From: a virus
Taxonomy: Duplodnaviria > Caudoviricetes
Reading direction: 5' to 3' (one strand)
DNA length: 64,000 bases
IMG/VR virus record: IMGVR_UViG_2923649072_000003
Location: 1 to 64,000 of that record
A program made the translations under genes and the position numbers. Shown here piece after piece: positions 28,442 through 37,034 of the stretch. Within the stretch, counting starts at the first letter, position 1. Each line of letters opens with the position of its first letter. The notes under the pieces were generated by a model that saw only the letters and a program-made list of their open reading frames with translations, ran no database searches and was not told where the DNA came from.

Positions 28442-30357
28442 TGCGGCGGGTACTGGCGGCCCTTCTGCTGGCGGTCGTTGCGCTGGTCGGTCTTGCTGGC
28501 TCGGCGGCGGCGAAAGATGGCCCAGACGTCCCGGACCCGACGAACCCGAACTGCTGGCTGTCTCCCAAGCCCGACTGCTCCGGCACGACCGACAACCTGG
28601 TCTCGGACGTCGCGGACTGCAAGGACGCCCCGGACCCCGAGGTGCCCGGCCGAGGCATCACGGGCTTCTTCACCCACAAGCCCGACAAGCTCCCAGCGGA
28701 CGAAGACCCGTTCGCTGATGGTGCCCGCGTGTCGATCTACCAGGTGTACGGGTACGCAGGCCTGCGGTTCAACACGTACGACCTGGGCTGCGGTGGCGAC
28801 ATCGTTCGTAACCCCGACGCCGTGGTTGGTAACGCCATAGCGAACTGGATTTTCCAGGTTCCTAAGTCGGTGATCTCGGCGACCGCGGCGCTGGCCGGCG
28901 CCGCGTTGCAGCCGGAGTTCCTGACCGCGTTCAACCCGCTCGTTCAGAATGTCGTGGACGCGCTGCACGCGGCACTGTTCTTGAAGTGGGGGTGGATCGC
29001 GGTCGCTCTCACCGGCGGCATGCTGATCTACAACTCGCGGAAGCAGGCACTCTCGTCGTCGGCAGGCATGGTCGGCTGGGTGCTCCTGGTCATGATCGTG
29101 GTGTCCGCCGTGCTCCGCTGGCCGCTCGCGGCGGGTGAAGCTGCGGACAAGACGTCGGCTGCGGTGCTCACGTCCGTGTCGTCCGGGATCACGGGCACCG
29201 ACCCTGCGATGGCGTCGAGCCCGGGTGAGTCTGGCGCTTCGCTGATGCACGAGTCGGTGCTGTATGACTCTTGGCTGTCTGGCACTTTCGGCAGCAGCGA
29301 CTCGAAGACCGCTAGGGAGTATGGGCCGAAGATCTTCGCGGCGACTGCGCTGACGTGGCGTGAGGCTGCGGTTCTCGAGCAGGACCCTGATGAGGGCAAG
29401 AAGATCATCGAGGAGAAGAAGGAAGCCTTCAAGGAGCTCGCCGACCGGCTGAAGGAAGAAGACCCCGACGCGTACGCGAACCTCTCCGGGAAGCGATCCG
29501 ACACCCGGGTCGGGTTCACATTTCTCGCGCTGGCCGCCGCGTTCTGCCTTGTCCCGTTCCTCTTCATGGCCGCGCTCCTCGTCATCGGGGCGCTGATCAT
29601 CATCCGCGTCGGCGTCATGGTCACACCCGGCCTCGCGACCCTCGCCCTCTTCCACCAGGCCCGGGGAATCCTCATCGGGATCGGCAGCACCATGGCCGCC
29701 GCGATGGTCAACAGCCTCGTCTTCGGGTCCATGTCGAGCGTCTTCATCCTCGCAATGGGACAGCTCATGGTCTCCGATGGCATCCCCGGCTGGCTGCGGA
29801 TCATCCTCATGCTCTTGCTGACCGTGGTGTTCTGGGTGGCTCTGCGGCCTTTCCGGAAGTTGACGCGAATGGTGTCGGCATCCAGCCTGCAGAGCACGTT
29901 CCGGGACGCCGCAGGCTCACCTCTGGCCGAGGCGAAGAAGGGCGCGAAGACCGTCGGGAAGATCGCGACCACAGCTGCCGGGGTGTTCGCCGGGGCTCGG
30001 CTCGACGCTGCCGTCGGTGACCTGAAGTCGGAGCCGAAGAAGCGCGCAGAGGCCGACCCCGACGTCACCGTTGAGGTCCGGGACCTGCCGGCATCCCCGC
30101 CACCGCCCCGCCGCCGGGCGATCGAGGCGCCGCCGAAGCCGCAGCTGCCCGGTCCGCCGAGCGGGAATCCGTCGCCCATGGGGCCCGGGCCGACCCCGCC
30201 CGCACTCCCTCCGGCCGCGGCGCCCGAGCCGCCGGACTCTCCCGCCCCGGTCAGGAAGATCGTGACCCGCCCCGGCGACGACGGACAGCCCCTGGAAGGC
30301 GTCGTCATCCCGCCGTCGTGGATGCCGCCGGTCCGCTACGAGATGGAGGACGCGTGA
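28438..30357 (+). CDS. VirB6/TcpH-like polytopic membrane channel protein
   Basis: signal peptide, many TM helices, Pro-rich C-terminal tail; follows VirB4. Confidence 0.7.
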   Translation: MMRRVLAALLLAVVALVGLAGSAAAKDGPDVPDPTNPNCWLSPKPDCSGTTDNLVSDVADCKDAPDPEVPGRGITGFFTHKPDKLPADEDPFADGARVSIYQVYGYAGLRFNTYDLGCGGDIVRNPDAVVGNAIANWIFQVPKSVISATAALAGAALQPEFLTAFNPLVQNVVDALHAALFLKWGWIAVALTGGMLIYNSRKQALSSSAGMVGWVLLVMIVVSAVLRWPLAAGEAADKTSAAVLTSVSSGITGTDPAMASSPGESGASLMHESVLYDSWLSGTFGSSDSKTAREYGPKIFAATALTWREAAVLEQDPDEGKKIIEEKKEAFKELADRLKEEDPDAYANLSGKRSDTRVGFTFLALAAAFCLVPFLFMAALLVIGALIIIRVGVMVTPGLATLALFHQARGILIGIGSTMAAAMVNSLVFGSMSSVFILAMGQLMVSDGIPGWLRIILMLLLTVVFWVALRPFRKLTRMVSASSLQSTFRDAAGSPLAEAKKGAKTVGKIATTAAGVFAGARLDAAVGDLKSEPKKRAEADPDVTVEVRDLPASPPPPRRRAIEAPPKPQLPGPPSGNPSPMGPGPTPPALPPAAAPEPPDSPAPVRKIVTRPGDDGQPLEGVVIPPSWMPPVRYEMEDA

Positions 30358-30836
30358 TGAAGCTCCTGTTGCAGCACAAGTGGGCCGTGACCGTGGCGGT
30401 CATCGCAGCGATCGCGATCGTAGTGTCCGGTCGTTTCGGCGGGCGCGACCTGGCGCCGCCCGCCCCGACGTCTACGGCGCCGGCCGGTGCGTATACGGTC
30501 GACAGTCTCCTGTCGGTCAGCCGGGCCGCCGAAGCCGCGCAGAATTTCGTGCGCCTGTGGGCATTGCCCCTGCCTGGCGACACGACCGAAACGTGGGAGG
30601 AGCGGCTCGATGGGCTCGTCACCCACGACCTCGGGCGCGGGCTGCAGGTCACCGACCTTGGCAACCTGCCGCGTCTCGGCCTGTCGAAGGCGACGCCGCC
30701 GGACGTGCGAGCGGTGTCGACGCGATCGGCGACGGTCGTCGTGACCCTGGAGGACGGCTCGGAGATTGCGTGCGAGGTCGTCATTTACGGGCCTGGATAT
30801 GCGGTCGGCAGCTTCGCCGGGATCGACGGCGACTGA
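30357..30836 (+). CDS. VirB8/TcpC-like bitopic protein
   Basis: single N-terminal TM plus AAQNFVRLW NTF2-like soluble domain; operon position. Confidence 0.5.
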   Translation: MKLLLQHKWAVTVAVIAAIAIVVSGRFGGRDLAPPAPTSTAPAGAYTVDSLLSVSRAAEAAQNFVRLWALPLPGDTTETWEERLDGLVTHDLGRGLQVTDLGNLPRLGLSKATPPDVRAVSTRSATVVVTLEDGSEIACEVVIYGPGYAVGSFAGIDGD

Positions 30837-31870
30837 TGCGCAAGGGATGGGTTATCGCAGGCCTCTTGGCTCTCGCCGCGCCGCTGTCGCTGATCGTGCC
30901 GGTCGTCGGGATGGTCATGGTCACCGGCATCTCGACCGACGGGGAGGTGCCGCCCAGCGGCACGCAGCCTGTGTCGTGTGGGCAGCCCGCCGGTGAGGCG
31001 ATCAGCCTCACGTCGGCGGAGCAGCGGGCGAACGCGAAGACGATCATCTCGGTCGGTGTCGAGCTGGGCGTGCCAACCAAGGGCCTGATCATCGCAATCG
31101 CCGTGGCCCGGCAGGAAAGTCGGATCGAGAACCTGCCGTACGGCGACCGTGACTCGGTCGGCCTGTTCCAGCAGCGGGCCGGCTGGGGCACTCTCGCTGA
31201 GCGCATGGATCCGCCGACCTCGGCCCGGAAGTTCTTCACCGGCGGAACCGAGGCCGGGACCACCGGGCTCCTCGACACGCCCGGCTGGGAGGGCATGTCG
31301 GTCGCCCGGGCGGCGCAGGCAGTCCAGCGCTCTGCTTACCCGGCGGCGTACGCACAGTGGGAGGGGATGGCGACCACCGTCGTGCAGCAGGTCCTCGGGT
31401 CCGGGCCGGCTCAGGAGTGCACGCCCGAGCAGACGCCGGGCGCATGTCCCGCCTCGACGGACCTGTCCGGCTACCCGAACGGCGAGATCCCGTCATCCGC
31501 ACTGTGCAAGATCGCGTTCGCACCTGAGCATCGACTGCGGTCTGACGCCGCACTGGGGCTCGAGCGCCTCAATGTCGCCTATCGCGAGCACTTCCGCCGG
31601 GACATCTGCATCACCGACTCTTACCGTGACCTAGCTACCCAAGTTCGCCTGAAGCGGGAAAAGGGGGCCCTTGCGGCGACCCCGGGGACAAGTAACCACG
31701 GGTGGGGCCAGGCGCTCGACCTCTGCGACGGGATCAACACGGGGCCCTCCGCGGAGACATACCGGTGGATGAAGACGAACGCCCCGACGTACGGCTGGGT
31801 ACATCCCGCCTGGGCTGAACCCGGCGGCTCAGGGCCCCTCGAGTTTTGGCACTGGGAGTTCGACACATGA
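30836..31870 (+). CDS. conjugation peptidoglycan hydrolase: lysozyme-like domain plus M15 (VanY-like) peptidase
   Basis: AVARQES...DSVGLFQQR..WG...AQAVQRS; DSYR...Q...PGTSNHGWG.ALD...E.WHWEF. Confidence 0.85.
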   Translation: MRKGWVIAGLLALAAPLSLIVPVVGMVMVTGISTDGEVPPSGTQPVSCGQPAGEAISLTSAEQRANAKTIISVGVELGVPTKGLIIAIAVARQESRIENLPYGDRDSVGLFQQRAGWGTLAERMDPPTSARKFFTGGTEAGTTGLLDTPGWEGMSVARAAQAVQRSAYPAAYAQWEGMATTVVQQVLGSGPAQECTPEQTPGACPASTDLSGYPNGEIPSSALCKIAFAPEHRLRSDAALGLERLNVAYREHFRRDICITDSYRDLATQVRLKREKGALAATPGTSNHGWGQALDLCDGINTGPSAETYRWMKTNAPTYGWVHPAWAEPGGSGPLEFWHWEFDT

Positions 31871-31968
31871 CGATCAACCCCGCCTGGACCCGGGCGCCTA
31901 CTAATTACCAACTCGCTGGCAGCCAGCCGCTTGTTACCAGCCGATCAGCAAGTCGCTACCCTGCCCCC

Positions 31969-32271
31969 ATGGAGAAGCTGCCCGCCTCGTTCACTGAGCT
32001 GCTCAGCGTGATGATCCAGTACGTCGAGCTCAGGGACCGACTTCGGGACGTCCGCGAGACCGCGGCCGGCGACCTCCACGAGCTCGGATGGCCAGCCCAG
32101 CGAATCTCGGACGAGCTGAAGGCGCAGCTCGAGGCGCTGAACTTGTCCGACTCCCAGCTTCGTTCGCTCGGCGTGTCCAGGGCGACGATCGATGCGGACA
32201 TCCGGTCCTGGCGCCGGGAGCAGGAGAAGGCCGTGACGTCCGGTCGGCGGAAGCGAGTGTCCGGCGACTGA
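31969..32271 (+). CDS. small putative DNA-binding protein
   Basis: LGVSRATIDADIR resembles an HTH recognition helix; TACCCT 6 nt upstream suggests a leaderless start. Confidence 0.5.
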   Translation: MEKLPASFTELLSVMIQYVELRDRLRDVRETAAGDLHELGWPAQRISDELKAQLEALNLSDSQLRSLGVSRATIDADIRSWRREQEKAVTSGRRKRVSGD

Positions 32272-33355
32272 CCGGGTGATTGTCCGGCCTTCCGATGTCC
32301 GGCCGCCGGGGTTGAGGTTGTCCGGTCTGGTGGTGCGCGGTTCCGGCCGGCCGCTGAGCCGCCCACTTCACCTCTCGGGACTTCCCGGATTGATCGCGCT
32401 GAGCTTGCTCTCTCTTCGGTGAGGAAGCTTGCCCCGCAAGCTGATCCACCATTTCCCAGCTCTGGGTGCACTGCAGCTTGAGACCTCCTCGGTAAACCTC
32501 GTCGGCCTCAAGCTGAGCTTACCCATGCTGTCAACTAGTTGCTAGCTGGCTGGCAACTAGCAACCTGCGAGGAAGCATCCTCGCTGACTCATCCTGCTGT
32601 CACTTGCGATTCGCGGGCCCGCCGCTGAGCCTGGTCGCTCGTGTCGCTCTGCTAATTGCTAGCGGATTGGTAATGTGAAGTCATGTCCGAGCATCACCGC
32701 AGGCTGGGCGTCGATTACGCCCGGGATCACGACCGCCGCATGTCGGAGATCTATCCCGACGGCGACGAGCCGTGCCACTACCTCGCACGCCTGGACCTCG
32801 GGCACTGCGAAGGGAAGGTGAAGAACGAGGAGCACGGTCAGATCGCGAACGAACGGCACCACGTCAAGGAGCTCGCCGACAACCGGGGCAAAGACAACGC
32901 GAAGGTCACGGTCCCCGCATGCAGGAGGCATCACCAGATCATGACCAACGCGAACAAGGCCGCCCGGGCAGGCAAGCCCGTCGGCGGACAGACCCCGACG
33001 AGTCGAGGCGGACAACGACGCCCATCGAAGGGCGGACAACCGGGCGGACAGAACCCGGACAACGGAGCGGACAGCCAGCCCGCCTGGGTGCGCCGTCACC
33101 TACTCGCCGCTGGCGCCGTCCTCATGATCGGTGCCGTCCTGTGGATGGCGGACATGTCCGGGGAGGCCATCCTCCTCGGCTCGTGCACCGCGGTCTACGG
33201 GGCGGCGCTGGCCTACTACTTGAACGTCCGCTGGACCCGCGCCCGGGACCTTGCCGAAGTCCACTCGCTCGCTGTCCGGTCGATCAAGGCCGACCCGCGG
33301 ATGGTGCGTGTCGACCGGCCCCGGTGGCGGTGGCAGGCGGGCATGAAGGCGGACA
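32258..33355. repeat. divergent arrays of (G/C)CGGACA octamers
   Basis: TGTCCGG[C/T] at 32258/32281/32296/32319; GGCGGACA at 32983/33007/33031/33043/33147/33348, variants at 33054/33066. Confidence 0.65.
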
Positions 33356-35031
33356 TCGTCCGGTGCCGGATCTTCTTCCCCGGTGTCGAGTACATGACCG
33401 ACCCCGGCACGCGGGCCCGAGTCGAGAAAGACTTCTGGGTCGCGCTCCATGCCCGCATCGATTGGCCGGCTCATGCGCTCCACCCGCACTTCGATGTCCG
33501 AGTCGTGCCCGTGGATGCCGGGCCGGGTCGCGGACCGGTGGCCGTCGAGGCCGAGCCGCAGGAGGAGACCCGCGAGAAGATCCGCACCACGATCGAGGAG
33601 GACCTTCACAAGACGATGAAGTTGAAGGAGAAGCAGAAGCTGACCTTCACGATCGTCGAGCGTGACGCCGAGGGCCCGCTCGTGTGCACGCTGGACTACC
33701 CGGCCGGATTCCAGGACGGGTCCGAGGAGGCGTGCTACCTGGTCCAGGAGCGGATCAGTGCCCAGCTCGACGGGATCCGGTTCGTCGCTCAGTGGGATCG
33801 CCGGGCCGAGAAGAAGCGGCTGACCCTGACTCGTCGGCCCGAGCTGCCAGCCGAGGTGCCGTTCCGGTTCCCGGCCCCGGGGGAGCGGCTGGACCCGATG
33901 GTCATTCCGCTGGGGATCGATGAGACGCAGCGCGAGCGGGCCTGGAACCTTCGCGTTCACCCGCACATGATCTTCGCCGGGGCGACCGGGGCCGGGAAGT
34001 CATACACGCTCGCCGAGCTGATCTACCAGCTCCTCATCCGCGGGTGGCAGCTCATCCTGATCGACGGCAAGGGGACCACCTTCGCGCCGTTCCGGCGGTG
34101 GCCCGGCGTTGTGGGCTACGGCCTCGCGAACGCGCCTGAGTCAATGGCGCACTGGATGGAGCAGGGCAAGTACATCACCGAGGAGCGGTATGACCAGGCC
34201 ATCGATCACGACGTCGACCCGGCGAGTTTCCCCCGCCTGATGGTCCTGATCGATGAGCTGACCGAGGCTAACGAGAACGTCGCGGAGTGGTGGAAGGAGC
34301 TGCGTTCGAAGGAGAAGGAGCTGCCTCGGGAGTGCCCGGCGATCGGGGCGTGGGCTTCGGTGGCCCGGAAGGGTCGCGAGGGTGGAGTGCACCTGCTGGT
34401 GGCTACACAGCAACCCAACGCCTCTGACAACACGTTCGGGTCGACGGAGACGAAGGCCAACCTTGCAGGGCGGTTCTTCCTTGGCCCGACCGAACAGCAG
34501 TCAGCGCTCATGATGTTCGGGCGCTCGACCCTGGGCCGAGACATCCCCGAGGACACGAAGGGCCGCGGGACGCTGAAGGTGTCACCCCAGGAGCCCGGGG
34601 TCGAGGTACAGACGTACTTCACGCCGCGCCCCAAGCCTTCCGGCGCGATCGCCCCTGAGCATGAGACGTTCTTCGCGAAGCTCATGCCGCTCGTGGAGGC
34701 GGCGCAGGCGAAGGTGAAGCGGGTCGCCCCGGCTGGCGGGTCCATCGACATGCGCCCGGATCCTCGGTTCCGTGAGATCGAGCCGACGAAGCCGGCTCGG
34801 CAGCGAACCCTTCCACTCGAGCAGACCCCGACCATCGACGTGTGGGACCTGGCGGCCCGGCTGAAGGACGAGGACGTCGTGGAGTGCTGGCTGGACGGCG
34901 AGCGCCTAAAGGTCGTCGAGGTCATCGGTGAGGACGAAGTGGAGATCACCCACGTCGACGCGGAGGGCAAGCAGCAGACACTCATCGTGGACGACTCGGC
35001 CCGGTTCGAGCTGCGAGGTGAATCGTCGTGA
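32683..35031 (+). CDS. FtsK/SpoIIIE-family (TraB/TcpA-like) DNA translocase with N-terminal HNH-like domain
   Basis: 2 TM; PHMIFAGATGAGKS, LIDGKG, LMVLIDE, RKGREGGVHLLVATQ; N-terminal C..C..HHV..C.RHH. Confidence 0.85.
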   Translation: MSEHHRRLGVDYARDHDRRMSEIYPDGDEPCHYLARLDLGHCEGKVKNEEHGQIANERHHVKELADNRGKDNAKVTVPACRRHHQIMTNANKAARAGKPVGGQTPTSRGGQRRPSKGGQPGGQNPDNGADSQPAWVRRHLLAAGAVLMIGAVLWMADMSGEAILLGSCTAVYGAALAYYLNVRWTRARDLAEVHSLAVRSIKADPRMVRVDRPRWRWQAGMKADIVRCRIFFPGVEYMTDPGTRARVEKDFWVALHARIDWPAHALHPHFDVRVVPVDAGPGRGPVAVEAEPQEETREKIRTTIEEDLHKTMKLKEKQKLTFTIVERDAEGPLVCTLDYPAGFQDGSEEACYLVQERISAQLDGIRFVAQWDRRAEKKRLTLTRRPELPAEVPFRFPAPGERLDPMVIPLGIDETQRERAWNLRVHPHMIFAGATGAGKSYTLAELIYQLLIRGWQLILIDGKGTTFAPFRRWPGVVGYGLANAPESMAHWMEQGKYITEERYDQAIDHDVDPASFPRLMVLIDELTEANENVAEWWKELRSKEKELPRECPAIGAWASVARKGREGGVHLLVATQQPNASDNTFGSTETKANLAGRFFLGPTEQQSALMMFGRSTLGRDIPEDTKGRGTLKVSPQEPGVEVQTYFTPRPKPSGAIAPEHETFFAKLMPLVEAAQAKVKRVAPAGGSIDMRPDPRFREIEPTKPARQRTLPLEQTPTIDVWDLAARLKDEDVVECWLDGERLKVVEVIGEDEVEITHVDAEGKQQTLIVDDSARFELRGESS

Positions 35032-36032
35032 CCAAGGAGCGTTTCGACTGGGGCCGGCTGGTCATCGCCGTCGCCCTCATTGCGATCTTCACCGCGAGTA
35101 TTCACGCGGAGATCGAGGCCGGTAAGTTCGTCGGGCTGGGCGACTTCGCGTACGCGCTGCCTTTCGCGATCGACTCGTATGTGATCGCCTCCGTGATGAC
35201 TCGCCTCGACGTGGGCCAGGCATTCGCCGTCATGGGCGTCAGTGTTGGCGGCGGGCACTTCTTGATCGGCATGAAGAAGGGCGTTGAGTACGGCGCTGCG
35301 GCGGCAGCGATCGGGATCCTGCTGACCGTGGTTTTGTGGCGGGTCCACACGCTGATGGAAAAGCGGAAGGAGCGACGGGAAACCGCCGCTGCGGCCGTTG
35401 CTGCCGAGGAGCAGAAGGCCCGTGGCGCGGAGATTGCCGAGCGTGCGCGTCTGGCCCAGATTGCCCGCGATGACGCTGAGCACGCTGCCCGGCTCGAGGC
35501 TGAGCGCATCGAGCGTGAGGAGGCTGCCCGTCGTGCCCGCGTGCAGGCAGAGCTGGACCGCAAGGAGGCCGACGCCCGGATCGCCCGCGAGACCCGTGAG
35601 CACACGGCGCGTCTCGCCGCGGAGCAGGAGGAGCGCCGGCTGAAGTCGCAACGGGAGCGCGAGCAGGCCGAGGCCGCCCGGGTTGAGCGTGAGCGCCTGG
35701 CTGCGGAGGCTCGAGCTCGTGAGGCTGAGGCGAAGGCTGCGGCCGAGCGGGAGGCGGCGGAGCGGGCGAAGGCCGAGGCGTCGGCAGCTCGAGCAGCGAA
35801 GCCGAAGACCGCGACGGAGCGAGTTGAGCAGTCTGCTGGCCTTCGGGCAGTGCCGGCGCCGAAGGGCAAGCCGAAGTCGGCGTCAGAGCAGGCTCGCGGG
35901 CTGGCTCCTGAAGTCGTCGCCGGGCGAATCTCGCCGCGCGAAGCCGCGGAGCGAATTGGTTGCGACCCGAGCATCATCCGGCGCGCCGTCCGGGAGCTGA
36001 AGAGCGATCAGCCAGAGGCGGTGAACGCATAG
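35028..36032 (+). CDS. Spd-like membrane protein with coiled coil and C-terminal HTH
   Basis: 4 TM helices, long E/R/A coiled coil, SPREAAERIGCDPSIIRR. Confidence 0.6.
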   Translation: MTKERFDWGRLVIAVALIAIFTASIHAEIEAGKFVGLGDFAYALPFAIDSYVIASVMTRLDVGQAFAVMGVSVGGGHFLIGMKKGVEYGAAAAAIGILLTVVLWRVHTLMEKRKERRETAAAAVAAEEQKARGAEIAERARLAQIARDDAEHAARLEAERIEREEAARRARVQAELDRKEADARIARETREHTARLAAEQEERRLKSQREREQAEAARVERERLAAEARAREAEAKAAAEREAAERAKAEASAARAAKPKTATERVEQSAGLRAVPAPKGKPKSASEQARGLAPEVVAGRISPREAAERIGCDPSIIRRAVRELKSDQPEAVNA

Positions 36033-36881
36033 TGCTCAATTCGACACACGGACCTACAGGCTCGCTGGCCGGAATCCTCGCCATGCGGGCCGGGATCGCT
36101 TTCGGTGCGGCGCCTGCCGACCCCGCCCTCGCCATCTGGCACGTCGCCGGCGCGACGGCGGGCGGCATGCTCCCCGACGCCGACCATCACGCGTCCTCGA
36201 CGGCGAAGGTGTGGGGTCCGCTCACGTCGATTCCGGCGCGCTGGTTCGGGCGGATGGTTGGCGGGGCACCGGGCCGGCAGTCATGACCTGAGTAAGGGTG
36301 CGCCGGTCCTGTTCGCCGCGGTGTTCGCGGTCGGCCTGCTGGCGCCTCGGCTGGTCGAGTTCGCTGTGTCGCCTGAGCCTTCACCGGTGGGGGACTGGGC
36401 TCGGCTGGTCGCCAGGCTGACGGGGATGGGTGTCGTCGCGTTGATCGCGGGCCTGTGTTTCGTTGCTCTTGCCGCTCTGATCCCGGGGCGCTGGGAGGGT
36501 TCGGGTGCCGGCAATCTGGTCGCGTCGTGGATTACGGCGCTGTGGGTGACGCACTGGTACCCGGCGGGTCTTCCGTGGCAGGTTGTCGCGATGGCCGCCG
36601 GGGGCATGGCGCTGGGTGCGACGACGGCGATCCTGCAGGACGCGTGCACGATCTCGGGTGTCCCGTTCGGGGTGGAGGAGGTCGAGCGGGAGGTGCGGGG
36701 TGTGACGCTAGTGAAGACTCGCGAGCGGCGCCTGCACCTGCTGCCGAGGGACTTCCGGATCCGCACTGCGTCTGCGTTCGAGCGGCACTTCATCCGGTTC
36801 CCCGTGCTGTGCCTGGTCGTGTGGCAGTCGTTCGAGCTGGCTGCTGATTGTGGCCTGTTCGGGAGCCCGTTCGCGTTGTAA
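36032..36881 (+). pseudogene. membrane metal-dependent hydrolase (YdjM-like), frameshifted near 36263
   Basis: STH, LPDADH in one frame; HRAGSH and DACT.SGVP in the other; one extra G in GGGG. Confidence 0.7.
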
Positions 36882-36905
36882 ACCCGCAAGCAGAGGCGGG
36901 TTTCA

Positions 36906-37004
36906 CTCAAGACTGGCCATCGACGGTCGATGGTCGTGTAAGGGCTCGCCCCGGCTCCACTCGCACGGTTGCACCCGCGTGAGCTTCGACGCCAAGGGCG
37001 AGCT
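36906..37004 (+). promoter_or_regulatory. sigma28/WhiG-like promoter plus structured leader (copy A)
   Basis: CTCA-N16-GTCGAT; stem GCTCGCCC/GGGCGAGC; near-copy at 45771. Confidence 0.6.
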
Positions 37005-37034
37005 GTCCACCCGATCCCAAGGAGATCGAGCGAC

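Noticed and set aside
35400-35800. Low-complexity GAG/GCC/CGC repeats
   Set aside because: coiled-coil coding sequence
25511-35977. Long minus-strand ORFs (25511-27127, 27152-28321, 28240-29655, 29028-30308, 34206-35651, 35102-35977)
   Set aside because: antisense shadows of well-supported genes, expected in high-GC DNA; no motifs
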